DNA of 63,176 nt, the filler included, from Octopus bimaculoides (taxonomy: Eukaryota): the NCBI RefSeq assembly GCF_001194135.2. It is 6 parts of 6 records of this genome, joined end to end, with 100 filler letters (N's around TTAATTAATTAA, not from the genome) between each part and the next. Parts side by side here need not be neighbours in the genome. Positions count along the whole stretch, not along the records: positions 6,962 to 31,736 come from NC_068982.1; positions 31,837 to 42,343 come from NC_068981.1; 4 more parts are not named here. One strand, 5' to 3'. Position 1 is the first letter of the stretch, and each line of letters begins with the position of its first letter. Shown in pieces: positions 26,522-38,773 of the stretch. Position numbers and translations under genes: made by a program. Under the pieces are notes generated by a model. It was not told where the DNA came from. It did not search any database and saw only the letters and a list, made by a program, of their open reading frames with translations.

Positions 26522-27628
26522 ACCTAGAGCATATATATCTCCAGACTCCACAAGTGAGAAAGTAGCAGGCATGTTGAGTTTGTTTACTGCATGCTATTTT
26601 TAGCTAAAAAAAATGACGAATAACCTTTAAAACAAGTGAGATAGAGCTTGATAGGATAACGGTACTTGTAATAAAAATTAATTTACAATATGAAGAATAA
26701 TTTCAGCTTACTAAATTAAGTACAATTATATAAAAAGTCTTTGTTATTGAAATAATTTTAACGTGACTACATAAGCCTTATCAAGTATTCACCTACGAGA
26801 TCTGAAAGGGATTATCGATTTTGTTAAAGTATTAGCATCATTTCGAAAGAGACAGAGAAATAATTATACTCTTTTATACAGAGTTTAATCGACCAAATGC
26901 TCTGAGTAGATAACATATAAAGTAGCGAAAGTAAATTAGTGTTTTTTTTTGTTTTATTTTTATTTTGCTTAATCACAACAAGATTACATTCTCCAACAGC
27001 AATTTTAAAGACATAAAATCAGTTGAAGTTTCAAGAATGAAATCAATGATATAACAATTTTATAGCTTATGGAATTAAAATATTTTAACGTAATTGATAT
27101 GAAACATTACCTCTATTGAAAGACAAATGGTTAACATTCATGGTCATTTTATCAAACTGATGCAATTTAAATGTTATCAGAGGTATTTATCTGCTAATGT
27201 CATTTTCATGACAATGTGGGTGTTTAAAACGTTACTTTTCACTAACTAATGTTCCGAACTCAGCCCAGTTTCCGTTTTTTAGAAGCCATTTAATACCACT
27301 TACCTTACTAATGCTTATCAGAATATTATTCAGAAAGTATTCTAACTTAGTTGGTATGATAAACGAATAAATAATAAAATAAATACTTAAAATTACTTTA
27401 TTACTGAAAACTGCGTCGATATTAAACTCCACTAGCTTTATGATCAATTCTAATAACAGCAAAATTGAAATAAATTGAAATGAATTAAAAATAATTGAAT
27501 GTTAAATGTAGGCATGCAACACGGATGGAATCTGATCTTTGGAAGTATCATGACAACTCCGAACATATTCCGGTGTGATTAGTCATCCTCTGTACAGCAT
27601 AGCCTTTCCAATACTTACCAGACCCTAA

Positions 27629-27846
27629 AGCGGCGAGCTGGCAGAAACTTTAGCACGCTAGGAGAAATGCTTAGCGGTATTTCGTCCGTCTTTATATTCT
27701 GAGTACAAATTTCACCGAGGTCGACTTTGTCTTATATCCTTCCAGAGTCGATAAATTAAGTACCTGTTGTGTACTGGGGTCGATCTAATCGACTGGCACC
27801 CACTTCCCCAAAATTCCGGGCTTTGAGCCTTGAGTAGAAAAGAATA
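27629..27846 (+). mobile_element. tRNA-derived SINE family B, near full-length
   Basis: gcggcgagctggcagaa head, B-box-like ctgagtacaaatttc, conserved body repeated at >=5 other loci in the window. Confidence 0.8.
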
Positions 27847-29149
27847 CTTACCAGACACTAGATGGCAGTGACAGATAATGCTGAATGAATAAATATTTAC
27901 CGGTGTAACAAAGTCAAGAACATTTGATGATCTTCTGTAACCGTAAAAGACTTCCCCTAAAATGAAACACATTGATCAACGGATAATTCAATTTAATTTA
28001 AATTATTTTAAAGTAATGTATATGTCGGAATTGTCTTCTCTTGTATTTTCCAGAATTATCCAATAGACTAACATTTTCATATACTTATCATGAGTACAAC
28101 TTTAGTTAAAGTAATTTTGCTTCCTTTATTCAATATTGTAAGCAACCACATAACATTGGAGTTTTCATGACGATAGTGTGCTTTGGTCATGTATTTACTC
28201 CATTCAATCATTACTTTACATTTTCATGTTAATCAAGATTTATGCATCTATCTAAAGCCTGACAAATAGTGACAGGACTCTTCACCAGTTACGAGGTCAA
28301 AAGCAACAAAAACATTGGAGCTGCCCTCGTATTTTTCAAAGTTTAGGTTCAAACCACACTGCATACCCCTATTCAATTTTTAATTAATATTAAGTAATTT
28401 ATATTGCTGTAATTCTGAATATTCCTAATTTATTTACTCATAATTTTTCATGAATCTATTTTTCATCATTAAATTTTTTATTCACTTTCGTTTTTATCTT
28501 ACCACTTTTATTGTTATATATTAACAGATGCAACTTCAGTCAATCCCAGAGTGAAGTATTTTGACTGAGGGTCAGTAGATTTCTAAATGCTTAACGGTCA
28601 CTGTTGTAGTCTGCCGACATGATCGAGCAGAGTAGTGAAACACTTACAGCCAAAGCCGAGACTATCTGTTTCCCATATTAAATTTTATGAAACACGCAGT
28701 TTAATGCATCTGTTCGATCTTCTTTTATGTAATTTTTAATTTGAAACGGTGGGGGCGGGATATGAGTGAAATTCGGCTGCTATTCTAAGAAATCACGAGA
28801 CCACCTAGACAACCATTGGCTCGGTGAAGACTGATGAAAATAACTAAAACGTTAAGAACCAAATAATAGATATTTTACTGATCAGACCGTATGTTAATGG
28901 TCGCATCTCGTGTGACTTGATCGTAATTGAAAATATAAATGCACTCACAAAACACTAGAATCACGGTTTTGCACCAAAATCAGAAACCATTATCGCAAGA
29001 GTTATTAATCAGAATCATGTGTTTTATGGTTAAATTCAAGAAATGAATTTATTGTAAATATTAATATAATTAAATTTTAAGAATATTGGCCATTGTAAAA
29101 TTACTGGTGCTTAAATTATTAAATTAGCATTGTTTAAATTATCATTGAT

Positions 29150-29356
29150 TTCTTTTGCTTCTTCTAGTCATTGGACTGCCGTCATGCTGGAGCGCTTGAT
29201 GACCGCATTGAAGGATTTAGTGGAACAAATCGTCTCCAGTAATTATCTGAATGAACTCTAATAGTTTTTTAATCGGTCTATTTTGTCAAACCACTAAGTG
29301 GCACGGTCTGGTAGGAGAGATACACAGACATAAAGACACAAATATATATACACGTG

Positions 29357-29397
<41 letters not shown>

Positions 29398-29700
29398 TAT
29401 ATATATATAAGTGCATATATATATAATATGTGTATATGTCTATATTCATACATACTTGCACACATTCACAGATACATACATACATAGATACATACAAACA
29501 AAAATACCCCGTCGTTGATGGTGAAATTGCAGTGAAGGAACCTTGGATCTAGGTTAGAAACCGGTTATTTCTCTATTAGAAAGAAATATTGAAAGAAATT
29601 GAATAATCACATACATACATATATAGTTTCTGTTCACGAAATTCACTTACCAGGCATTAGTCCACCCGATGCTATGGTGGAGGATATTTGCACAATGGGC
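29150..29700 (-). mobile_element. SINE family A, degenerate, with an extra ~110-bp segment in its central microsatellite
   Basis: 3' half at 29150-29330, microsatellite 29340-29495, foreign segment ~29500-29610, degenerate 5' half 29625-29700. Confidence 0.55.
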
Positions 29701-29870
29701 CTTGCATTTCCACTGCAAGCAAAATCGTAAAGCGAAATTTTAAAACTTAAACACGTAAACGTTTTAATATTTAAAATATATGTATACAATAAAGATAGAC
29801 GCCCCGCAGAGTCTATATTAGCGTAATTCACTTCACATTTCTAAGATATACAGTTATATGTATATTTATA

Positions 29871-30041
29871 GGCGTAGGTGTGTCTGTGTGGTAAATAGCT
29901 TGCTTACCAACCACATGGTTCCGTGTTCAGTCCCATTACGTGGCAGCTTGGGCAAGTGACTTCTACTATAGCCTCGGGCCAACCAAAGCCTTCTGAGTGG
30001 ACCTGGTAGACGGAAATTGAAAGAAGCCCGTCAAATATATG

Positions 30042-30092
<51 letters not shown>

Positions 30093-30258
30093 CCCAAAAC
30101 ATCGCTTGACAACCGATGCTGCGGTTCAGCAAAAGAGACTGATAGAATAAGTACTATGCTTACAAAGAATAAGTCCTGGGGTCGATTTGTTCGACTAAAG
30201 GCGGTGCTCCAGTATGGCCACAGTCATATGACTGAAACAAGTAAAAGAGTAAAAGAGT
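29871..30258 (+). mobile_element. tRNA-derived SINE family A, full-length (best copy)
   Basis: A-box-like tgtctgtgtgg, B-box-like gtgttcagtccc, central (TA)n(TG)n, 3' cagtc-atat-gactg stem-loop and (AAAGAGT)2 tail. Confidence 0.88.
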
Positions 30259-31091
30259 ATATCTTAGCCCAGATTCTAAAATATTCATCAGAATATTCTT
30301 TATTTGTCTTGTTGAATCGTCTGCTCATTGATATGATCTAGCTATGTTCAAGCCATTGAAACAGAAACTTTGTATAACGTATACAAATAAAATAATATTA
30401 TTAATCATATTTCCTTTTGAGAATTTCAGCTGCATTCGTTTTATATTCTTATTAATTCACACTAAATATGAAATTCCAAATCCTGTATGAAACATAGAAA
30501 ATTTGAATCGTATTTTATATTGCTCGGTGTTGTAGTATGGCTAAAATAATCTTGCACTATATTAAAATATATTTTAGAACTTGTTATGAGAATATTTAAT
30601 ATAGAATTTAATGATATTCCTTTGAGATTTTTACAGCTTTCTTATTTATGAAGGAAGTAATTCAGAGATTCCCCGAGGAGCATTGTTATAAGTTTGATTC
30701 TATCGAATAACATAACAACATTTAGTTATGGTCTCTTAAATATAACTCTATCTGATTTTTAGATGTTCAGAGAGCAATAAACTCTATTGTATACTTCGTA
30801 GGTTACAGAAGGAGAAAGTTACTAATAATCTACGTGGACAAAAATAACTTTATTGTGAAATTTTTAATGGTGTTCTTACGCGATAGAGGTATCAGTCTCC
30901 GATGGATAACAAATACATTTCTGTTTAACACTAAATTTCCAAATATATCAAAACGGTTCAATTCGAGCTCTGAAAGAGAATTCTTTGGATGCTTATCCGA
31001 AGCAAATATCCACTTGTTCTATTTTGGTTTACTTCTTTTTTTCACGCCTTCACCCATACACACTCTTTCAATCTTTCTTGCTTCCTGTTTC

Positions 31092-31220
31092 TACACGGTG
31101 TCCACAAAGTCTGGTTACATGGGGATTAACACATACTTTAAGAAATTACTATTTCTTATATCTAATTGTTTATGGTATGATTTTATTTACTCCATGTACC
31201 CAGACCTTCTTTGTGTAACG
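31092..31220. mobile_element. Tc1/mariner-type MITE
   Basis: TA+cacggtgtccacaaagtctggttacatgggg at the left end. Imperfect inverted copy ctccatgtacccagacc(ttc)tttgtg at 31190-31215. Confidence 0.5.
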
Positions 31221-31254
31221 TCACTGGATTGCCTCGAGTTTCTCCGTTAAATTT

Positions 31255-31736
31255 TTCTGTATGCTGTCCATAACTGGGGGCAATAATCTCAACGGTTGAG
31301 TACAAATGTCATCCAGAGGACCGTCATGGTTTCTTGTTCTTTCGTTCTGAAAATTATAAGAATCCACCCTACCAGCTGCCTGCATTTTATTGCCAACTCA
31401 GTAATATGCATCATTACTCATGACAATGTCGAGGCCACCCATTGATTTTGATTCAAGAATTGCAATCCCAAATGGGACAATTTATCCTGACTGCTTTTCA
31501 TACAGCTTCATGTGCCGGTAGCGTGCAGGGCTTGGAGTTTTCCAGGAGTAATCTGAATTGTGATTTTCATCAGCCCACCTGTAAATATTGTTTTCAACAC
31601 TTGTTCCAGCTGCGCAACATCTGTAGATTTTCTGTATCCCGTGAAAGACTTTTGTATCTTCTGATTAGCTACCAAGGGTGCATATATTTGCCCATTTGGG
31701 ACTCCATTTATCATTTGCGTTTCCTTGTAGGTAACC
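31255..31736 (-). mobile_element. CR1-like LINE RT fragment, frameshifted
   Basis: Minus: NGVPNGQIYAPLV (GVPQG motif) and ITELAIKCRQLVGWILIIFRTKEQETMTVLWMTFVLNR*DYCPQLW (CR1 LDYCSQLW motif). Confidence 0.72.
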
Positions 31737-31880
31737 NNNNNNNNNNNNNNNNNNNNNNNNNNNNNNNNNNNNNNNNNNNNTTAATTAATTAANNNNNNNN
31801 NNNNNNNNNNNNNNNNNNNNNNNNNNNNNNNNNNNNATATATATATATATATATATACATATATACATATACATATATAC

Positions 31881-32033
31881 AACGGGCTTTTTCAGTTTCT
31901 GTCTACCAATTCCATTCACAAGGCTTTGGTCGGCCCCAAGCTAGAGTAGAAGACACTTACCGAATGTGACACGCAGTGAGACTGAACCCAGAACCATATA
32001 GTTGGTAAGCAAGCCACTTACCACAAGCCACAC
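31881..32033 (-). mobile_element. SINE family A, 5' half
   Basis: Reverse complement matches 29871-30030. Confidence 0.8.
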
Positions 32034-32121
32034 ACACACACGCATGCACACACACACACACACACACATACACATATATATATATACAGAGAGAGACAGA
32101 GAGAGAAAACAAAAAAACAAC

Positions 32122-32487
32122 ACTGGAAAAACCAAATGTTTCTGCTATAGGATGTGGTGGACTTTCAGTTGAGTTTCTGGATAACATCCTATAGCTTCAT
32201 CAGAACCTTGAATATGAAGTGCAATTTATTTGGGAAGTTTACATTTTCAGAACATGGAGTTATCATATTTTCCTACCTTGGGATTGAACATCAACATACG
32301 CTTTCTCACGAATAACGCGTGTATGTTCTGAAAACGAAACTTTTCCAAATAAAGTGCTCTTAATATTCAAGGCTCTGATGAAGCTATAGGATGTTATCCT
32401 GTTACTCAACTAGGAGTCCACTACATATTATAGTATAAACAGCTGTAAGCTAATGAAACTCATAACAGAACATTTAGTTTTTCCGGT
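32122..32487. mobile_element. Foldback element with ~135-165-bp inverted arms, each with a hammerhead-like core (Penelope pLTR-like)
   Basis: Arms 32122-32255 and 32323-32487. CTGATGA at 32375-32381 (+) and 32203-32197 (-), each followed by a 12-bp stem II. Confidence 0.6.
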
Positions 32488-32594
32488 ATCATCTCCTTGT
32501 TTTCTGCTACCACTCTATACTCATATAGCATTGTGCTCTGGATGTACGCACATTGAGTCCTACACCAGTTTATTAGACATACAATGCCAAAGTG

Positions 32595-32653
<59 letters not shown>

Positions 32654-32997
32654 TGAAATGCCCGGAGTTATGACAGTTGAATATATTTATTTAACCACTT
32701 GTCATCCTTAGAGCTACTGCCATTTCGCAGACTCCCTAATGTAATAATAAATTCAGTATATAATAAACTATTTTTCATGTCTGCACTAAAATGCAGAAAG
32801 ACAGGTTAGGCATTATACAATACAATTGGTTATTTACACATCAGTGCCAATGAAGAAAGCTAGCTCATCAAATCACTAGAACGTCATGGTTAGACCCATA
32901 CTTCAATCGTTAGAGCTGAATTCGTTAATTTCATGAACAGGCTCTTCCTTTGATTAGATCAGCTAAAAATTCGTCGTCATAAATGAGGGTGTGTCAG

Positions 32998-33069
<72 letters not shown>
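32998..33069. repeat. (TA)n microsatellite
   Basis: Direct observation. Confidence 0.95.
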
Positions 33070-33072
<3 letters not shown>

Positions 33073-33238
33073 ATTGGTTTTGATAAGCAGCGCAGATTTT
33101 TTTTACAATTCAATAAATAATAATAATAGTATTTATAAGCTTAAGGCTTATAAGCGATCACCGTGTATTGACTAAAGACAATAGTCTAATAATGGGGCAT
33201 ATACGCCTTCGATGGTAAAAGGTAGGTTTTCCCGTACG
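33070..33238 (+). mobile_element. Unclassified interspersed repeat (also at 49123-49379)
   Basis: Shares taaataataataatagtattttataagcttaa(a/g)gcttataagc...gactaaag..aatagtctaat with both arms of 49123-49379. Confidence 0.7.
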
Positions 33239-33270
33239 CATATGTGTGTGTGTATGTCCGTGTGTGTGCG

Positions 33271-33301
<31 letters not shown>

Positions 33302-34835
33302 ATAAATATACATATATCTCTATATATTTATATATATATTTTATGCAAATAATACATGTATATATAAGTATCCTTTATATTTAAGCATATTTAGTTTGCT
33401 TTGTTGCTTATTTTTTAAAAAATTTGAAATCGGTGTCAATCAATATAACTGAAGAACGAATAAATAAACGTTTTTTTTTAACCAAAGTTTGAAACCTCAT
33501 TTTTTAATCCTCCATCAGATATCTGACTATCGTATTGTGCAATACAAGACATATTCTAAATGTCTCGGAATTAACAATAGCCTTGAAACCGTATCTTTTC
33601 TTCGACTATTTCATTGCTATTATGCTTAATGGAGTGTTTAAAACTCATCCAAGAATCTTTCCGTCGTATTATGGTCTAAATAACAAGAGCAAAATTAACA
33701 ACTATCATCATCACAGCAACAACAAAAATAGTACTAATAACAACAACAACAACAATAATAATGATAAAATATAAATATCGCTATAAATATTAAACAAAAA
33801 AAAATACATCAGAAAAGAAAATAGTGCAATAAACAAAACAAAATCGTTCAGGAAAAAAATAATAATAAATGTTACAAGCACGAACACAACAAAAATTTAT
33901 CAAAAAAAACCACAAAAAGACCAATAATACGAAGGAAAAAATAAAAACAAAAACTATTGATTGCCACGACATTTACTCGCTTTTATATAACAAATGCAGA
34001 ATTAATTCAGTTTACCACAAAACCAGCGTGTTTATCTGGACGCTCTGATAAAACAGAAGTTATTTGGCGAATATATTAATGTCATTCTACATTAGCATTT
34101 AGCAATTGCTTTCGTCTCGCAGCAATTTCCAGACGAAACTTTTAAGGCAATATTCTTGCTTGTCGTTGTTGATATTGTTCGTGTTCTTATAGCATCTATT
34201 ACGTGCTGCTGATGATACTGATGCTGCTGTTGCATCTGCAGCTGCTTTTGCTGCTGCTGATGCTACTACAACTACTAATGATGATGAGGATGATGACAGT
34301 GATGGTGAGTCTCAGTATTGCTACTTTTTGTTTGTAGTTTATTTTTTTTCTTAATGTTTTTGTTTTGTTTCGTTTTAGTTTATTTCCCTTCGTGATTTTT
34401 TGTGATTTATTCTTTTTTTTATAATGATTTTATTTGTTTATTGTCTGTTTGTTTTTTGTTGTTATTATTATTGCTTGTTTTGTTTTGTTTTGTTGTCTGT
34501 ATTTTTGTCACTTTTATTGTTTTGGTTGTTGTTTTGTGTCGCTGTTCGTTTTTGCTGAAATACTTGTAGTTCTGTTTTATTTTTATTTTTTTAAGTATAG
34601 AATAAAATGAAAAATCGAAGAATTTAGAATGACAAAATGACAAGAACGAAAGGCAGAAAGCAAAGACAGAAACAAACACACAAACAAGATGTAGAAGAAA
34701 GAAAGTTAAGAAGAAATAAATAAACAACGAAGGAAGTAGGAATGAATAAAAGAAATAAAGAACGAAAGATAAAAAAAAATAGATGAAATGAATAAAGATG
34801 TAAAGGAAGGAATAAATAGAACGAACGAACGAACG

Positions 34836-34836
34836 A

Positions 34837-34891
<55 letters not shown>
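34836..34891. repeat. (AAAG)n microsatellite preceded by (AACG)n
   Basis: Direct observation. Confidence 0.95.
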
Positions 34892-34892
<1 letters not shown>

Positions 34893-35275
34893 ACGTTTAA
34901 AGATCAAAGCAAAAGATGAGCATATGTAAGAAATGAATGTGTATTTGACAATAAGATTTAAGGTTTCATTCAAGTTTTGATGCCATCGCGTAGTTTGGTT
35001 GTACTGACAGAAAATAAAAAAGGCAATACAAGAAATGAAAATAAATAAATAAATAAATAAATGCTAGATATTTTATTCTGTATTGTAATGTGATTTCTTT
35101 TATTTAAATATCTATTAATTTATTTATTCGCTTATTTNNNNNNNNNNNNNNNNNNNNNNNNNNNNNNNNNNNNNNNNNNNNNNNNNNNNNNNNNNNNNNN
35201 NNNNNNNNNNNNNNNNNNNNNNNNNNNNNNNNNNNNNNNNNNNNNNNNNNNNNNNNNNNNNNNNNNNNNNNNNNN

Positions 35276-35309
<34 letters not shown>

Positions 35310-35689
35310 GCATACAGGCATATATATATATATATATATATGCATGTGTGCATATGTGCATACACACACGCGTATACATATGTATATCTGCATGAATATG
35401 CGTGTATGTATGTATATATGTATAATGTAATTTTCCATTGTTTTCCCCCGATATTCGAATATATAGATTACCATTTATACAGATATGCATGCTTTTATGT
35501 ATATATTGATTGTTGATTAAAGTACAAAGATTGATAGTCATAAAGGAGAAAACTACAATGTGAAAAATATATTTAAAAAATATATTATAGAAATAATCAG
35601 ATGGTTGCATTTAATGTTTTATTATTGATAACAATGTTCATTCATCGATTTACCTTCAAACGTTATCATGATTGGTATAGTATGAGCAG

Positions 35690-35875
35690 TGGCGGGCATA
35701 ATCAGTAGATATTCGGACAAACGACTTAGTAGTATTTAGTCCCATCACTTTACGCCTAGAGTTCAAATTCGGTAGAGGTTGACTTTGATTTCCATATCTC
35801 GGGTTGTAATTTGAATTAACATTCAAAGACCGGGCTCGAGTACATCAATTATACCCTTGCTCAGAAATGTGAGAC
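35690..35875 (+). mobile_element. SINE family B, degenerate
   Basis: cttagtagtatttagtccc..ctttacgcctagagttcaaattcggtagaggttgactttg matches the body of 27629-27846. Confidence 0.55.
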
Positions 35876-37330
35876 CATGTTTTAATGTTAGAAACTATTG
35901 CTATGCTTTTTGTGAAAAAATTATAAATCAGTTTATTTTTCCTGTTGCTGTTGGTGTCCTTGTTTCTGTTGTTGTTACTGTTACCGAGAATAGTGTTCCA
36001 AGTGCCATAGAATAAAGCTAAGTTCCCAACCGACCAGCCAATACATGACCCAGGAATAACTTCAAATTTGAACGTTCTATTTTTAATAATTCTGATAAAA
36101 ATGTTGGGCAATGCATAAATATAATTTCAGATTTTTCTTTTCTTTTTCTGTTACATGACATTGTGTTCTTAAAAAATGATTGCTCGGTCGGAATGTATTA
36201 TTGGTACAGTTGACAATGAGCAGGGACAGATGCTTTACGTAAATTCTAAATGATATATTTCACTTTCTTTTAAAGTAAGAAGTAGTAACTTTATTTCGCT
36301 TCATTTGTAGAGTGCAAAACTTGTTCTTCAGAAAAATTTGGAAGTAAACGGTAAATCAGTAGAGCATCGGACACAGTATCTTATCGTATTACGTCACATC
36401 AATTCATGTCAAGACCAAATCCCGCTCTGGTCTAATTTGCTTTTCATATGCAAAGTTTCGATATACTAAGCTTCAATTAAATTTAGTGTCGATATAAATG
36501 AATATCCATTTGAAACATTGTCCCAGCATGACCAGAGTCCAATGAATAAAACTACTAAAAAAGTATAATCCATTTATATTTTCTTAGGTTTACGATTTTA
36601 GAATAAAAACTTGCTTTTTAAACAGTGTCGTGTAAACCAGGAGAATTTCTTGTTGCCCAAACAGGAACAGAGGAGGAGTGAAGCAAGATTAAAAGAAAAT
36701 AAAGAAATATATCTGCCCACCTGAACATACAACTTTGTTTTGATTCATATTTTTTTTTGGATTTCCGGACTAATTGTGATGAGGTTCCACTGGATTCCGC
36801 ACTGCAGAAGTAAAGAAACTGGAATGATCGTCTTACTTTATAGATTATTTGAAACATTAGGACAAATATTAACATATTCATTACCTCCAACCTCTTTCCC
36901 TATTTCTTTTGGTTCCTTCTAGCGAAATATCTTTGTCTCGGTCTCAAAACTTGTTCAAACTTCATTAGAAAAACAAATCTCTATTATTCAGGAAGTGCAT
37001 TGATTTTTAGCTATCACATCAAAGTGGCCTGTGAATGCCCAATACTGAAACAGCACTTCTTGTTATATACCAAGTATGATCTGGGACTAAACAACAGCAA
37101 CAATATGGAACTGTGTCTATGTAATATTTCAGTTCACAACTCCTTAAATATAAATGAACACTACTTGTGTTCGCAATTCAACAATACACTTTTAGAATAT
37201 CGTTTATCATCGATACAGCAGCTGTCATTGGCTTTCTGTGTCAGTTACTGTCATTCTAAGTTATAGGTCCGTATCTTGCCGTTCTTATTTCTCCAACATT
37301 CTCTCTTTCTTAAACACACTTCTTACCATT

Positions 37331-37332
<2 letters not shown>

Positions 37333-37405
<73 letters not shown>
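37333..37405. repeat. (CT)n microsatellite
   Basis: Direct observation. Confidence 0.95.
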
Positions 37406-37408
<3 letters not shown>

Positions 37409-38728
37409 CTCCATACACACATCCATATTTAGCATTTTCCTATACGTTCCACAAGCCTATTTATAAGTTTATTTGCTGCAAAGAACTTTTTCTGCATCAC
37501 CGAAGACCAAAGATGGGCTATACAGTCTTGCTTCATAAATACTCAAATTCTCAACTGAGGCTTTTGTAAGTATAACGAAATCACGCAAAGGTAAATGTTT
37601 CTCCGCAGATATGAAGCGGGGTTTACTGTTGAGCGATATGAATTGTTTTATCCAAACTACAAGATTATAAAAAATGATAGATATCAGTTACTATCAGTAA
37701 CGTGGCCGAATTATTTTCTCGGTATTCTATATTTCATGGAACTAGATTCCGATAAGAAAATAAAGATAAATGTAAGATATATATGAATGTGTAGGGCCTC
37801 CGAGATTGGGGTTCCACCCGGTACTTTGTTCCGGGACCCAAATGCTAAGGTGGGCCCCTAAGTAACCATGAAACAAGAACTTTCTAATATCCTCGGCCTG
37901 ATATACACTTACATTCACATAAACAAACATCATTATACTTATCACAGCACAACGAAGACAACAGGCAACCATACGGAGACCATACGTTGGGTAGTGGAAC
38001 TAACTTTTTTTCTTTTTCTTAGCAAACAAAACATTACATCATCAATACATTGCATAACAATTCAAATAACATTTAACAAAGGTTTCAGAACATTGCATAA
38101 TCACAAGTTTACAATCAAGAGTTCATATATCAAGTCGAATTAAAAGTTCTTTCACTTCGTTGTTTTTCTTTTCTTTTCAGTTAACATGTCCCATCAAAGT
38201 TCTTTTCTTTTTCTTTTCCACCCGTCAACATCACAGTTAACGAAATCTCTTTTTCTTTTTCAAAACATGTAACGACAAGTACACTTTTAAAGAATATTTA
38301 AACAAACCTTCACTGCACGAATTTCCGTTCTTTCAAAACTCCTACTATAATTACAAGAAGTGACCAACTGACTACTACAATCTCTTGCCGGCCGCAACAG
38401 TTCCATCTCTTTGATTCCTCTCTCTGATTGCTTCAGTCCCTATCTGCTGACCATAGGGTCTCTCTTTCTCAGCCTCTGTCTGTCAGTCTCTCTCTCTCTG
38501 TTCATCTTGGTTGGCTGCTAGCCTTCACACCGGCTCGCGTTCTTCATCCAACTCTCTGGCCAACCGCCTCGTGCCAAATCCTCTGGCCAACTGCTTGATG
38601 TCAACTCTTCTCGCCAACTGCTTGATGCCAACTGCTTGGCCCCAACTGCATTTTTTCATTAAGTAACGGAACACAAGAACCCCCNNNNNNNNNNTATATA
38701 TACACATACATCTCTAGCAAGCAGATGT

Positions 38729-38773
38729 CCAGTACCGATGAAGAGTGAATACCCAGAAACCATGGTCTACTGG
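38729..38773 (+). ncRNA. Candidate minimal type I hammerhead ribozyme (variant core CCGAUGA)
   Basis: Stem I ccagta/tactgg (6 bp); core CCGATGA (38735-41); A; stem II gagt-gaat-accc (one A.C mismatch); A; GAAA; palindromic stem III ACCATGGT; GUC cleavage triplet (38765-67). Confidence 0.6.
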
